From a virus (lineage: Duplodnaviria; Caudoviricetes): DNA of 64,000 nucleotides. Positions 35,361 through 45,196 of this stretch are shown piece by piece. The notes under the pieces are model-generated. The model saw only the letters and a list, made by a program, of their open reading frames with translations. It was not told where the DNA came from and searched no databases. Where the stretch lies: the IMG/VR virus record IMGVR_UViG_3300028628_000004, one strand, 5' to 3'. The position numbers and the translations under genes were made by a program. Each line of letters starts with the position of its first letter. The first letter of the stretch is position 1.

Positions 35361-35810
35361 ATGAAGACCTTATACATATGTGTTGGAATACCCGGGTGTG
35401 GGAAGAGCACTTGGACCGAAAACTTCCTCAAGGATAAGTTGTCGGTAGAAGTTATCAACATGGACAACATCAGGTTTCAGGTAACTGGAAATCACTCGGA
35501 TCAGTCCAAGAATGGATTGGTCGCCGCAAAGGCAATGGAAGCCTTGAAGAAGTCCATGCTGTGTGGAACTAGGGACATTGTATGGGACAACACCACACTT
35601 TCGGTCAAGTACCGCAAGCCGCTGGTAAGTCTTGCCAAGGAGAATGGTTACAATGTCATTGCTGTATTTTTTCAGGTTCCTCTGGAAGTTGCCAAGCAGA
35701 GAAACGCTGCAAGAACCCGCGTAGTTCCCGAGGATGTTCTGGACCGCATGTTCGCAAGCATTGCCCCCCCTTCGCTGGAAGAGGGATTCACCGAGATTAT
35801 AAAGGTCTAA
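35361..35810 (+). CDS. polynucleotide kinase (AAA_33)
   Basis: GIPGCGKST, D.IR, DNT, RN..R.R.VPEDV..RM, P...EGF; leaderless. Confidence 0.88.
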   Translation: MKTLYICVGIPGCGKSTWTENFLKDKLSVEVINMDNIRFQVTGNHSDQSKNGLVAAKAMEALKKSMLCGTRDIVWDNTTLSVKYRKPLVSLAKENGYNVIAVFFQVPLEVAKQRNAARTRVVPEDVLDRMFASIAPPSLEEGFTEIIKV

Positions 35811-35811
35811 T

Positions 35812-36321
35812 ATGGCTATACCTTCCCATTATTTACCTTCCTATTATGCAAATTGTGGGAGCGTAAGACCAAGTATGACAGGAGTTACCAATACAGGCAT
35901 GGACTATATTGCCACCGTCGAGAAAGAAAATGAGTCGCTTCGACAGAAGCTACTTCATTACAACACTCTACGAGATATCATAGCTACTAGAGTAAATATT
36001 GAAAACATAAGCGTCGGGGAAATGGTAGATCCTTCAAGTTTATGTGATTATATGACTAAGTTGGGGTGGACTCTGAACTACGAAAAGATACACGAGCGGT
36101 ATCTGACCAGATCTTATTACTCACCACATAGAGATACGAAGTGCAAGATTTATGTTAGGGATTTGCGTCCGGATCCAAGAGGTAGGAAGTCAGGAATGCA
36201 CGCTAAAATTGTAGATGCTATCAAGCTTTTGGCTCGTCTCCACAAAAAAGGTGAGTTAGAAGTTATTTACGAGACTATCACTGGTGATATAAAGGAGACT
36301 GCATGTGATGAATCGTCGTGA
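35812..36321 (+). CDS. hypothetical protein with zipper motif
   Basis: MDYIATVEKENESLRQKL. Confidence 0.65.
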   Translation: MAIPSHYLPSYYANCGSVRPSMTGVTNTGMDYIATVEKENESLRQKLLHYNTLRDIIATRVNIENISVGEMVDPSSLCDYMTKLGWTLNYEKIHERYLTRSYYSPHRDTKCKIYVRDLRPDPRGRKSGMHAKIVDAIKLLARLHKKGELEVIYETITGDIKETACDESS

Positions 36322-36372
36322 TTGTAATATCGTAAGATTTTATGAATTGAAATATATACAGGAGAAAAAATA

Positions 36373-36738
36373 ATGGGAAGAGTATCTTCTATACATTTCA
36401 ACGCAGCCCCAGGCGTTAAATACATTATAAGAAATACGGAAAATAACCAAGAAAAAGTAGCTAGAACTCTTGGCATTAGAGATTCGCAGTATCAACCAAT
36501 AAGATCAAATAAAGATACTCCGAAAGGAAAAGAATTTTTTAAGATGATGGTGGGTAGCGAATTAGTTACTTTTAATAATAGCTTAAACTTTGATAAGTGT
36601 CTTTCGGTAGATGGAAAGTGGGAGTTTATAGGAAAGCGTCCCGATGGAACAAAAATGAAAAAAAATAGCAAATCCAATTTTCATGATAAAATTGAATTTA
36701 CATCCACAGAATACAAATACATAATGGAGAAAAAATGA
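36373..36738 (+). CDS. hypothetical protein
   Basis: AGGAG RBS. Confidence 0.65.
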   Translation: MGRVSSIHFNAAPGVKYIIRNTENNQEKVARTLGIRDSQYQPIRSNKDTPKGKEFFKMMVGSELVTFNNSLNFDKCLSVDGKWEFIGKRPDGTKMKKNSKSNFHDKIEFTSTEYKYIMEKK

Positions 36739-37169
36739 CTATAACCGAAGAAGATTTTAAAAAGATGTTTGAATTGGTTCGTGAAATACATGTAAATTAT
36801 ACTAAGAATGTAGAAAGGGAAAACGAAGTTCTTAGAAATATGCTTACGGAAGCCCAGCAGAAACTTGATGAGGCTTTGGCTCTGGTGGAAAAGTTGAGAA
36901 AAACCATAGATACCCTGGAAAAAACTAAAAATATTCATGATTTTGTCCGCGATCATCAAGACAATGATTGGACCAAGACTCTGCCAGGATCGGGTCCGTG
37001 GGTTGCGCCAGGACATGGCAGTGGCGTACCAACTTGGCAGATTTATACGACATCAACCTTAACCAATCCAATCTGCACATCAGCTACAAACATGCAGAAT
37101 GAGTATGAAAGGTATATCAAGCATATAAAAGAAGCAAATATGTATAGTAAGGCTGACGAAGATGGATGA
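36735..37169 (+). CDS. coiled-coil protein with zipper motif
   Basis: YTKNVERENEVLRNML. Confidence 0.65.
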   Translation: MTITEEDFKKMFELVREIHVNYTKNVERENEVLRNMLTEAQQKLDEALALVEKLRKTIDTLEKTKNIHDFVRDHQDNDWTKTLPGSGPWVAPGHGSGVPTWQIYTTSTLTNPICTSATNMQNEYERYIKHIKEANMYSKADEDG

Positions 37170-37536
37170 TTTGTATGTAAAATCTCTCGAAGATGAAAAT
37201 GAAAGGTTAAGAGAGAGTCTTTCATTAGTTCGTCTTGAGTTAGATGAGATTAAAGAAAAAGAAAAAAAGAATTTATTTACTGCTACTACTAATAATGTTA
37301 TGAGTAGTATTACGATTGGATCACCAAAAATAATATCCCCAAATCAATGCTATATTTCGAGTCAATATGATAGTGAGTTTTATATATGTGGAATAAAATT
37401 GACAAAAAAAGATATAGAGTATCTTGTAACAAGTCGTGAAATAATTACAGAAGAATTAGCCAAGGCAAACCTATGGAAAACGATATTGATTCTTTGGAGA
37501 TTGCTCGTCACCAAAAAGAGCTTGAAGAAAGAATAG
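37162..37536 (+). CDS. hypothetical protein with zipper motif
   Basis: MDDLYVKSLEDENERLRESL. Confidence 0.65.
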   Translation: MDDLYVKSLEDENERLRESLSLVRLELDEIKEKEKKNLFTATTNNVMSSITIGSPKIISPNQCYISSQYDSEFYICGIKLTKKDIEYLVTSREIITEELAKANLWKTILILWRLLVTKKSLKKE

Positions 37537-37814
37537 AAAACCTCCAGGGTCTTCTAGAAAAAGAGTGCTGTGATCACGTTAAAGACAACAAAAGATATCT
37601 TTTGTTGTTTCATCAGCTTCTTAAGGATTTACAAAAGATAGCAAGAATTGAAGTTATTATTAAAAGAGAATCACACGAAGACGAGCCAACCCAAGGAATG
37701 GTTGCTTTTGACAAAAAAGTGATAGAAGATATTATTAAAGAAATCGGTAGATTTCATGATAAGTATTCTGATAAGTCATATGCCTTTTTAAAAGAAATAA
37801 TTCGCAATGAGTGA
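37473..37814 (+). CDS. coiled-coil hypothetical protein
   Basis: HQKELEERIENLQGLLE. Confidence 0.6.
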   Translation: MENDIDSLEIARHQKELEERIENLQGLLEKECCDHVKDNKRYLLLFHQLLKDLQKIARIEVIIKRESHEDEPTQGMVAFDKKVIEDIIKEIGRFHDKYSDKSYAFLKEIIRNE

Positions 37815-37826
37815 TATAATAAACTC

Positions 37827-38336
37827 ATGCCAATTACATATACTATAACCAAAGATAACACAGTAGATAAGAAGGGAGAATTAGATCCCGAAATCTTTGA
37901 CGAAAATTTTCAAAAAGACACACTTCCTACCATACTTAGCGACCACCCAAATTTTATAAAATGGGTTAATATGCTTTATGGAAGTGGAATAAGCAAGAAA
38001 CCAGAATATAAATTCGCAGATTGTTTTGGAACTTGGCTTGTATTCAAGATAGGCGAAAAGGGAGTATATAGAACATCAGAATTGGCTAATATTTTTGAGT
38101 CACATTATAATGATGAAGCAATAGATTCAGTAATTGGCTTTAATGCGTTGGTTGACTTTCTTCAGCAGGATTGGGATAATGACGAAAAACAATTTATAGA
38201 AACAAACAATATTAGGAATAGCGTAGAGAAGTCAGTGAAGAAGATAAAAAAGATACTTAGAGAAGCCCGAAAGATGAAGAAACAGAAGCTTCCGGATGGC
38301 GAATTCAAAACAAACATCAACAAGGAGAATGCATGA
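37827..38336 (+). CDS. hypothetical protein
   Basis: Long ORF. Confidence 0.65.
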   Translation: MPITYTITKDNTVDKKGELDPEIFDENFQKDTLPTILSDHPNFIKWVNMLYGSGISKKPEYKFADCFGTWLVFKIGEKGVYRTSELANIFESHYNDEAIDSVIGFNALVDFLQQDWDNDEKQFIETNNIRNSVEKSVKKIKKILREARKMKKQKLPDGEFKTNINKENA

Positions 38337-38641
38337 CAATTTGGCTTGCTATAGTTACCCACAACGACGTCAAGAGTTATAACGAATACCATATTAGATA
38401 CGAAGGTCACACTTCTGTTGACGATGCAAAGAAGGAAATCCTTGAGGTTCGCCGTAGATTAATAAAAGACGAAAAGGCTCCCCTTGATTGTTATGTTTAC
38501 GAGGCTTCTGAACCATTGTATGGTTACACACCTTATAACCTTGATGACATTGATTTTAACTTTTATCGCGAACTGACTCCCGAGGAAAAGGCAAGAAAGA
38601 AATCAGTAGAAAAAGAACTAGAAGAAAAGATGAATGTCTAA
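38333..38641 (+). CDS. hypothetical protein
   Basis: AAGGAG RBS, ATGA overlap. Confidence 0.65.
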   Translation: MTIWLAIVTHNDVKSYNEYHIRYEGHTSVDDAKKEILEVRRRLIKDEKAPLDCYVYEASEPLYGYTPYNLDDIDFNFYRELTPEEKARKKSVEKELEEKMNV

Positions 38642-39110
38642 TGACCTCCAAAACTATATTAAAGATATTGAGAAGCAAAACGAAGCTTTGAAGTTATCGT
38701 TAGAGCATTATGCTAAGATAGCAGGAGCATCGTATCAGATATATGTCGTTGACCCGACTATCGACGCAATAGACTTTGCGAAAATAATACAATATTATAT
38801 AGACGCTGGTTGGGAACTAATGCCCAAAAGAAAAGTCGATGAAACAAAAAGGAGATGGGAGTATTTTTGTTTACCTGAGAGACTTCAATCTAAGATAGAA
38901 AACACTAAGCTAAATCCAAGTTCGGTGTATAAGCAACCCTTCAGATTCCCATATAGACCAAGGGGCAAAACTATGTTACAGAAGTATGGGGTTGAATATA
39001 TTGAGGCTATTAATAAGTTTAATATTATGTTAAATACACAAGCCATTATAGAGGGAAGACTTCCGCTTGATATATACGATCAGTGGGTTACAGAATATTC
39101 CTTTGCTTGA
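38634..39110 (+). CDS. hypothetical protein with zipper motif
   Basis: NYIKDIEKQNEALKLSLE. Confidence 0.65.
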   Translation: MSNDLQNYIKDIEKQNEALKLSLEHYAKIAGASYQIYVVDPTIDAIDFAKIIQYYIDAGWELMPKRKVDETKRRWEYFCLPERLQSKIENTKLNPSSVYKQPFRFPYRPRGKTMLQKYGVEYIEAINKFNIMLNTQAIIEGRLPLDIYDQWVTEYSFA

Positions 39111-39151
39111 TTTACAAAATATAATCCGTATAATGGTTTATAGAGGTAACT

Positions 39152-39688
39152 ATGAACTACTTAGCAGGCAAATCCGTGTATCTTGCGGGACCGATGTTCG
39201 CATGTAATGATGATGGTGCGGGGTGGCGAGATACTATAACACCAAAACTTGTCTCTTACGGGATTAGCGTAGAAAATCCAGTAAAGAAGACTTTACCAAA
39301 TGGAATGGGTGAAGTAGAAGACGATAAGAAGTTGTTTATTCAGCTTATTAAAGAAAACAAGTTCGATGAGTTGAAAAAGATATTCGAGCCAATCGGTAGA
39401 AAAGATTTGCGATGTGTTGACAAGGCAGACTTTATTATAGCGTCCTACACAAGCCATGTCCATATGTTTGGGACTATACATGAACTTATTCAAGCTCATG
39501 ATCAGAGAAAGCCAATACTTCTGTATATAGACAAGACATGTGTTGCCGATGGAACTCTGAACCCGTGGCTTACCATTATAACCAAACCTTCCTGCTGGTT
39601 CTTTGATTGGGATGCTCTTCTTCATCATCTTGATTGTGTTGATAAAAAGATACATCCTTATTTCAATGAGAAATATTGGACTATTTAA
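39152..39688 (+). CDS. nucleoside 2-deoxyribosyltransferase-like protein
   Basis: VYLAGPM, GWR, DL..VD.ADFII, GT.HEL..A...KP. Confidence 0.8.
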   Translation: MNYLAGKSVYLAGPMFACNDDGAGWRDTITPKLVSYGISVENPVKKTLPNGMGEVEDDKKLFIQLIKENKFDELKKIFEPIGRKDLRCVDKADFIIASYTSHVHMFGTIHELIQAHDQRKPILLYIDKTCVADGTLNPWLTIITKPSCWFFDWDALLHHLDCVDKKIHPYFNEKYWTI

Positions 39689-39720
39689 AATAATAATCAT
39701 TTACTATTAAAGGAATATTA

Positions 39721-40152
39721 ATGAAAAAAAGCAAAATAGAAGTCACCAAACCAGAGCCATTTAGACAAATAGTAAAAGGATACTTAGTAGTTAAAGACAG
39801 CGGTCCTATATTATTAACTACTGAATCAGATAATGCCGTAGCCTGCTTTAAAAAATGCAAAGAAAAAGATTCCAACGCCTTTATTATGGATTTTACTACA
39901 CATGTTGAAAGATTTAAGGAGATTGGTAAGAATTTATTTAATCCCATTCCACAACAATATACTCATAATTTTTTAGAGTATCGAAATAAGATTATAAAGG
40001 AATGGCAAGATAGTGTTGATAAAATAAGTAAATGTAACCCAAAAATTGTATGGGAAAAAATAGCAGTAAAGTATGATTTACCACATAACTCTGCTACGGA
40101 GTTTAACCAGTGGTCTTTAGACCACCTTAAATATCATAAAAGGATCATTTAA
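39721..40152 (+). CDS. hypothetical protein
   Basis: AAGGA RBS. Confidence 0.6.
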   Translation: MKKSKIEVTKPEPFRQIVKGYLVVKDSGPILLTTESDNAVACFKKCKEKDSNAFIMDFTTHVERFKEIGKNLFNPIPQQYTHNFLEYRNKIIKEWQDSVDKISKCNPKIVWEKIAVKYDLPHNSATEFNQWSLDHLKYHKRII

Positions 40153-40571
40153 TGGCTAGTGCGGAAGCATGGCACCAACATTGGATTGGCTTAGCTATTA
40201 AAACGGCTGAGCTATCAAAAGACCCTTCTACCAAAGTTGGCGCTGTTATTGTTACAAAAAATAACAAGCAATGTTCGGTTGGTTATAATGGTCCACCGAG
40301 TGGGTTTGATGATACTGAAACTGATTGGAACGACCGATCAATAAAATATGAAATGGTAATCCATGCCGAAGAAAATGCTATTTTAAATTGCCCGTTTCCC
40401 AAAGAGGGATGCAGAATATACGTTACTCATAAACCTTGCCACAAATGTATGGTCCGAATTATGCAGGTTGGAATTCGCGAGGTTTACTGGAGGCTAGACT
40501 ATGATAGAATATCGTGCGACAATATATGGCACCGTGTAGCTAATAAACTTGATATCGTTAAGAAGATTTAA
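40152..40571 (+). CDS. dCMP deaminase
   Basis: SKDPSTKVGAVI, GYNG, HAEENA, PCHKC. Confidence 0.93.
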   Translation: MASAEAWHQHWIGLAIKTAELSKDPSTKVGAVIVTKNNKQCSVGYNGPPSGFDDTETDWNDRSIKYEMVIHAEENAILNCPFPKEGCRIYVTHKPCHKCMVRIMQVGIREVYWRLDYDRISCDNIWHRVANKLDIVKKI

Positions 40572-41100
40572 GAAGATTCTTTTTGAACATCCTCTTTAAA
40601 GATTCAAGACTAAAATTAGGAGTTTCCATAGATCCAGATGGAAATAATTTCTGTCGTATCATATCTCTTGTGTTGGCTTGCTCATCGTCAAACTCTCCGC
40701 TATTATACGAATCAAGTAATTGAGTGTAGGTAAAAGATCTATTATCTTTATTTCTTATATCATGGAGGTTGATTCTTGTAAATGGACCCATGTCATCGCC
40801 AAACTTTTTTATAATCTTAGATACTACAAGTGACATGTTTCCGGAAAATTCGCAAGTCCACGAAGAATTAACTATCCTTATACGAACCCACCCTGCATCA
40901 AAAGCCTTATTAAGAAGCACTGCCCTGCTGTCAGTTTTTTTAGTTCCTTGAGGGTTATACGCCTTCTTAGATATTATTGACAAAACTTCTTTTTTTGATA
41001 TACCAAATAATTCTGGTTTATCTATTATAGTCTGACCGTGGTCGCTTGTAACAATTATCTTTCCGCTCTTGCTATTCATCCAATATCCGTTATAATCCAT
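40558..41100 (-). CDS. late hypothetical protein (paralog of 41139..41513)
   Basis: TATAAATA at 41118-41125; GYW...H...PE.F...GWVRIR. Confidence 0.7.
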   Translation of the reverse strand: MDYNGYWMNSKSGKIIVTSDHGQTIIDKPELFGISKKEVLSIISKKAYNPQGTKKTDSRAVLLNKAFDAGWVRIRIVNSSWTCEFSGNMSLVVSKIIKKFGDDMGPFTRINLHDIRNKDNRSFTYTQLLDSYNSGEFDDEQANTRDMIRQKLFPSGSMETPNFSLESLKRMFKKNLLKSS

Positions 41101-41117
41101 GTGTATACCCTCTACAC

Positions 41118-41125
41118 TATTTATA
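41118..41125 (-). promoter_or_regulatory. T4-type late promoter TATAAATA
   Basis: Upstream of 41100 ATG. Confidence 0.7.
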
Positions 41126-41138
41126 GGAAATATACTTT

Positions 41139-41513
41139 ATGCCATTGGGAGACGGTTACTTTTACGATAGAAGGAAAAGAAAGCTAATAAGAATATTTGA
41201 GCATGCAACCGATTCAACGCAAAGACCGGAGGTTTTCAGGTCTAAAAAGGTGGCTCATCTTAATCCAGTTATTAATAGGGACGAAATAGTTATATATACT
41301 CTTAAGCAGGGATTTATACGTATTCGCTACTGGAAAGGTGATCTTGGGTTTCAATTTTGGGGAAATGCCAAAGATGCCAAGAATACTCTTATTTGGTTCG
41401 CCAAGAAAACGGGAGTTGGGGATTATTGTCACGTAACATTTACCAACTTTAAAACAAAGAAATCCTATGAATTTAACTTTAAGGATTTGAACCTTGTCTT
41501 GGGCAGGGTCTAG
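41139..41513 (+). CDS. hypothetical protein (paralog of 40558..41100)
   Basis: GYF...H...PEVF...GFIRIR. Confidence 0.7.
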   Translation: MPLGDGYFYDRRKRKLIRIFEHATDSTQRPEVFRSKKVAHLNPVINRDEIVIYTLKQGFIRIRYWKGDLGFQFWGNAKDAKNTLIWFAKKTGVGDYCHVTFTNFKTKKSYEFNFKDLNLVLGRV

Positions 41514-41527
41514 GATAAATATGTTAT

Positions 41528-41932
41528 ATGAGCGACCTACCTTTAAGTAATAAGGTTTTTCATATTACTGACATAGATGAGTTTATTTCATCTATTAGAA
41601 TGGAATGTGTTAAAGATATTCTTAGCGGATTATCGACTACTTTTTATAAGACACCCGGCAAATTTAAAAAAATACTGGATAAAGATGAAATTGTCGAGTC
41701 TCTTCTTCCATCGTCAGTTATTGAAGCAGAAATAGAAAAATATATATTTTCAACAACATTGCACGAGGATGATGTTTTTATAAGACCGGAGCATATTGAT
41801 ATTATAATAAGGGATGTAACCATAGATACTTTTGATTCTGTGATGATGAAATTAGCGGACTATGGTATTTTGGAAATCTGTTGGTACAAAGAAGATTTTA
41901 TGTGGCGTATAAAACCACTAAAAGCGGTATAA
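41528..41932 (+). CDS. hypothetical protein, winged-helix-like C-terminus
   Basis: KLADYGILEICW...W; similar to 42172..42561. Confidence 0.65.
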   Translation: MSDLPLSNKVFHITDIDEFISSIRMECVKDILSGLSTTFYKTPGKFKKILDKDEIVESLLPSSVIEAEIEKYIFSTTLHEDDVFIRPEHIDIIIRDVTIDTFDSVMMKLADYGILEICWYKEDFMWRIKPLKAV

Positions 41933-41939
41933 TACAAAA

Positions 41940-42182
41940 ATGAAAATAACAAGATCATCAGAAACTCTGGCGGGAACTACTGTATTGGTAGAGGACGACA
42001 CATATTGTCTTACACTATACAAAGTCGGTAACTGTTTTTCTGATTCTATAAGCGAGATAATCATTGAGTTACCAGAATACGACATAGATAATGTTTCTGA
42101 TATCGACGCAGAAAAAATGTTCAATCTTGCTAAGAGACAATATGAAGATATGAAAAGCATTTTAGATTCGGATGAGTTATAG
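41940..42182 (+). CDS. acidic hypothetical protein
   Basis: Operon packing. Confidence 0.55.
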   Translation: MKITRSSETLAGTTVLVEDDTYCLTLYKVGNCFSDSISEIIIELPEYDIDNVSDIDAEKMFNLAKRQYEDMKSILDSDEL

Positions 42183-42561
42183 TATGAATAAATCCGAAGC
42201 AATATTGAAGATAACAGATAAGAGAGCATTTCTCATAGATATTAAGAAAGATGTCATATCGACTTTTTTATCCTCCTTTTCTGAGTCTCAAGATTTTGTT
42301 GGAGTTTATGATGATTCATTATTGACAATGGAGCTAATGGAATTCTGGCTTTCTCATTTTTGTATAATAAGAAACAATGACGAGTTCTATATTTTATTAA
42401 AAGAGAGGGACAGGCTGCGTCTTTGCTTATATAAGGAACTATGCGAAAAGATACTGAATAAGCTGGTTGACGCTGGAATTTTAATGATGATGTGGGATAA
42501 TAAGAAGAAAAGAATATTCTGGAAAAAGAAAGAAATGTCCAAGAGCATTCAAAACGTATAA
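42172..42561 (+). CDS. hypothetical protein, winged-helix-like C-terminus
   Basis: KLVDAGILMMMWD...FW. Confidence 0.65.
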   Translation: MSYSMNKSEAILKITDKRAFLIDIKKDVISTFLSSFSESQDFVGVYDDSLLTMELMEFWLSHFCIIRNNDEFYILLKERDRLRLCLYKELCEKILNKLVDAGILMMMWDNKKKRIFWKKKEMSKSIQNV

Positions 42562-42564
42562 ATA
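42557..42564 (+). promoter_or_regulatory. T4-type late promoter TATAAATA
   Basis: Upstream of 42570 ATG. Confidence 0.65.
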
Positions 42565-42569
42565 GAAGT

Positions 42570-42869
42570 ATGGGATTTAAGAAATTTTATAATAACTGGC
42601 AAGAGTCTTCGCCACAAAAGACAGAGGAACAACTATTCTTTGAGGTTGTGTCTGTTAGAGTCCCTTCGGTTAATTCTTTTATTGCATGGTTAGCCTTGAA
42701 TAAGCATATTAAACCATATATAAAGTATACTAATCGCAAGCCTTTACCAGTATTTGAGCTACCAGAGAATCAGAAAATTCTTTACATTGTTAAAAAGGTG
42801 CCTAAAATAAAAGAACTTGCACAAGAGTTTTCTTTTAAGTTTAAACCACCCGAATACCTAAACGACTAA
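42570..42869 (+). CDS. late hypothetical protein
   Basis: Late promoter; MGFKKF..W.E start. Confidence 0.65.
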   Translation: MGFKKFYNNWQESSPQKTEEQLFFEVVSVRVPSVNSFIAWLALNKHIKPYIKYTNRKPLPVFELPENQKILYIVKKVPKIKELAQEFSFKFKPPEYLND

Positions 42870-42870
42870 A

Positions 42871-43116
42871 ATGCTTATAACAATATTGATATCTTCACTT
42901 GCCGCGCTAATACTAGCCACATTTGCGTGGATTGGTATAGGTCATTATAAGTTATTTAGTGAGGATGAAGATAAAGATAAAACCGCATTTACTCTTAGAT
43001 TTTTCATATCGTTAGTTTTATTGGTTTTATTAGTTTGTAATGCTATAATGGTGTTTAACACAATCACCAAGGATAGTACCAATACCAATGTTCTGGAATC
43101 GGAAGAAAAAAGATAA
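42871..43116 (+). CDS. two-TM membrane protein
   Basis: Two hydrophobic helices. Confidence 0.65.
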   Translation: MLITILISSLAALILATFAWIGIGHYKLFSEDEDKDKTAFTLRFFISLVLLVLLVCNAIMVFNTITKDSTNTNVLESEEKR

Positions 43117-43582
43117 GATAGTCGAAAAGACGCAAAAAGAACTTATACGCGAAAAGTTAGCCAATATAGCGTATACTGCTGATGCGGAAAGGCAGCTAGA
43201 AATAAATGTCCACGATTCATACTCATTAGTATGTTTCGTAAACGAAGATTTTCCCGAAGAGAAACAGGCTTTACATGCCACCGAAGCAGCAAGCGATTTT
43301 ATATACTACGCATCGAATAAAAATGAAACTATTCAATGGATGGATAGGCAAAAGTTGACAGGTAAAAGAGACAAGATAATAATATATAAGATTCCTGCCG
43401 AACATATGCAGGAGTTATATGCTACCCATGTAAAGAGTAGAAGAGAAGGTAAGTTTTCACCATTTAAAACAATATCTGTTATAATACACAACGGAAAGGC
43501 TTATCCAGTTGCATTCTGTCTGGGATTTTTGTGGGGGTCACAGACGGCGAGTTACAATGATTACCCATCAACAAGAATATAG
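43088..43582 (+). CDS. hypothetical protein
   Basis: AAGGA RBS. Confidence 0.65.
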   Translation: MFWNRKKKDKIVEKTQKELIREKLANIAYTADAERQLEINVHDSYSLVCFVNEDFPEEKQALHATEAASDFIYYASNKNETIQWMDRQKLTGKRDKIIIYKIPAEHMQELYATHVKSRREGKFSPFKTISVIIHNGKAYPVAFCLGFLWGSQTASYNDYPSTRI

Positions 43583-43591
43583 GAAAAAAAT

Positions 43592-43813
43592 ATGGCAAAA
43601 TACGGAGAAAATGGTGCTTTTTACACAACCGACGATCTTATTCGCATGTCTAGACTTGAAAGTTTCGGTCAATATAGTGCGATGCTTGAGAGAGTTTTCG
43701 TTAAGTTAAAAGCGTATGAGAGTGAAAATAAGCAGCTAAAAACTCTTGTAAATCAACTCAAGTTAGAACTAGAGGAAAAGACCGAAGGACAGGTTGTTGA
43801 TAAACTTTTGTAA
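43592..43813 (+). CDS. coiled-coil hypothetical protein
   Basis: AYESENKQLK. Confidence 0.6.
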   Translation: MAKYGENGAFYTTDDLIRMSRLESFGQYSAMLERVFVKLKAYESENKQLKTLVNQLKLELEEKTEGQVVDKLL

Positions 43814-43830
43814 GTGGGTATAATAGAGAT

Positions 43831-44922
43831 ATGAGTGTAAGTATAAGCGATTTTCTTAAAGAAATAAAATCTGTTACCAACAATCGTGGGTGTTATCTCT
43901 ACGGCGAGGCGGTGCGGGATATAATAAATAGACAGAAACCAAAGATATTTAATATATTTATTAAATCGTCACCAAGTGAAGATATAGAGATACTAAGAAA
44001 TAGCTTACCAACATATAAAAACATCAAATATACTATTGAACCTAATTTTTGTATACCTGACATATTTACTGTCAACATGTTATATTTGGATGTTAATGAT
44101 ATTCTCAATGGAAGTATTAATATACTTTCCCAGCAGAATGGCTTGAGGGATTTTAATAAATCAAGTATAAAATTTACAAAAGACGCCGCCGAGAATATTA
44201 AACCGGAATATCTTCTTGAAGCTATAAAGCTATCTGTCGTAACCGGGTTTCATTTAGACCCCAAAACCATAACTATTATATTTAACAATAGGGATAAAAT
44301 TAAAGACCTTGATAAAAGAGAAATCTATAGATTCTTGGTTGATTCTGTAAAGTTAAGAGGAACACGTAAAGTCATATCATTTCTTAATACTCTTGGGCTA
44401 TCTAATGCTTTGTTTGGATTTAAGTTGACGGAAACTTCTATTGTTAATCATTTTAATTCATTGGATGTTTTTGAATTTTTTGCTGTGGTATTGTCTGAAG
44501 TCAAGTTTGAAGACCTGAAGCCTATATTGATTGAAAAATGCGGATTTGCTGAAAGAGACACAGAACATGTATTAAAGTTATCGAAGGCTATCAATGAAAT
44601 AGAAGATGAATCAGAAATATCGGCTCGTAAGTTTCTGTCAACAATAGAAAAAAAGAGGATACCTAACGCTGTTAGACTACTTAAGAACTTAGGATACAAG
44701 AACTTAGCTAAGATTATTAAGAAAGAAAAGAGCGCCCCCGTTATATCATCTGAGTTTTGTATTGATGAAAGAATCATTAGGGCAGCTTTTGGTATTGAAA
44801 ACCCGGAAGTAGTTGGTAAGCTGTTGGAGATGGCACATCAGAAGATCATAGATGAGCCTGCGTTCAACAACCAAACTAAGATACTAACCTATCTTAACTA
44901 CGAAAGGAAAAAGTATGTCTAA
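43831..44922 (+). CDS. degenerate CCA/poly(A) polymerase-family protein
   Basis: YLYGEAVRD, FTVN.LY, GLRDF, G..LE.A; catalytic DxD replaced by IFN and RRD absent. Confidence 0.7.
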   Translation: MSVSISDFLKEIKSVTNNRGCYLYGEAVRDIINRQKPKIFNIFIKSSPSEDIEILRNSLPTYKNIKYTIEPNFCIPDIFTVNMLYLDVNDILNGSINILSQQNGLRDFNKSSIKFTKDAAENIKPEYLLEAIKLSVVTGFHLDPKTITIIFNNRDKIKDLDKREIYRFLVDSVKLRGTRKVISFLNTLGLSNALFGFKLTETSIVNHFNSLDVFEFFAVVLSEVKFEDLKPILIEKCGFAERDTEHVLKLSKAINEIEDESEISARKFLSTIEKKRIPNAVRLLKNLGYKNLAKIIKKEKSAPVISSEFCIDERIIRAAFGIENPEVVGKLLEMAHQKIIDEPAFNNQTKILTYLNYERKKYV

Positions 44923-45196
44923 GAAATTAAAAACCGAATCGCTGTCCGTTGGTAGTCGGGTTCGACATGTTACCGATAAGAATCTCACCGAAGGAGTGGT
45001 AGTATGGAAACAGTCTTGTACTAAGGCTGTCGGATCGCGAGATGTTGTGGGGAGGCGGTGGTCGGTTCATTGGTCTAACGGGGATCGTGGAATTTATAGG
45101 AGCGTTGATATTTCTAAAATACCACCAAAGAACTTAAAGAAAATCATTTTAAAAGAAATAGAAAAAGAGGACGAGGAAGTAAATGAAGAAGAGTAA
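44915..45196 (+). CDS. SH3-like small protein
   Basis: VGSRVRH...GVVV...VHWSNG..G.Y. Confidence 0.6.
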   Translation: MSKKLKTESLSVGSRVRHVTDKNLTEGVVVWKQSCTKAVGSRDVVGRRWSVHWSNGDRGIYRSVDISKIPPKNLKKIILKEIEKEDEEVNEEE

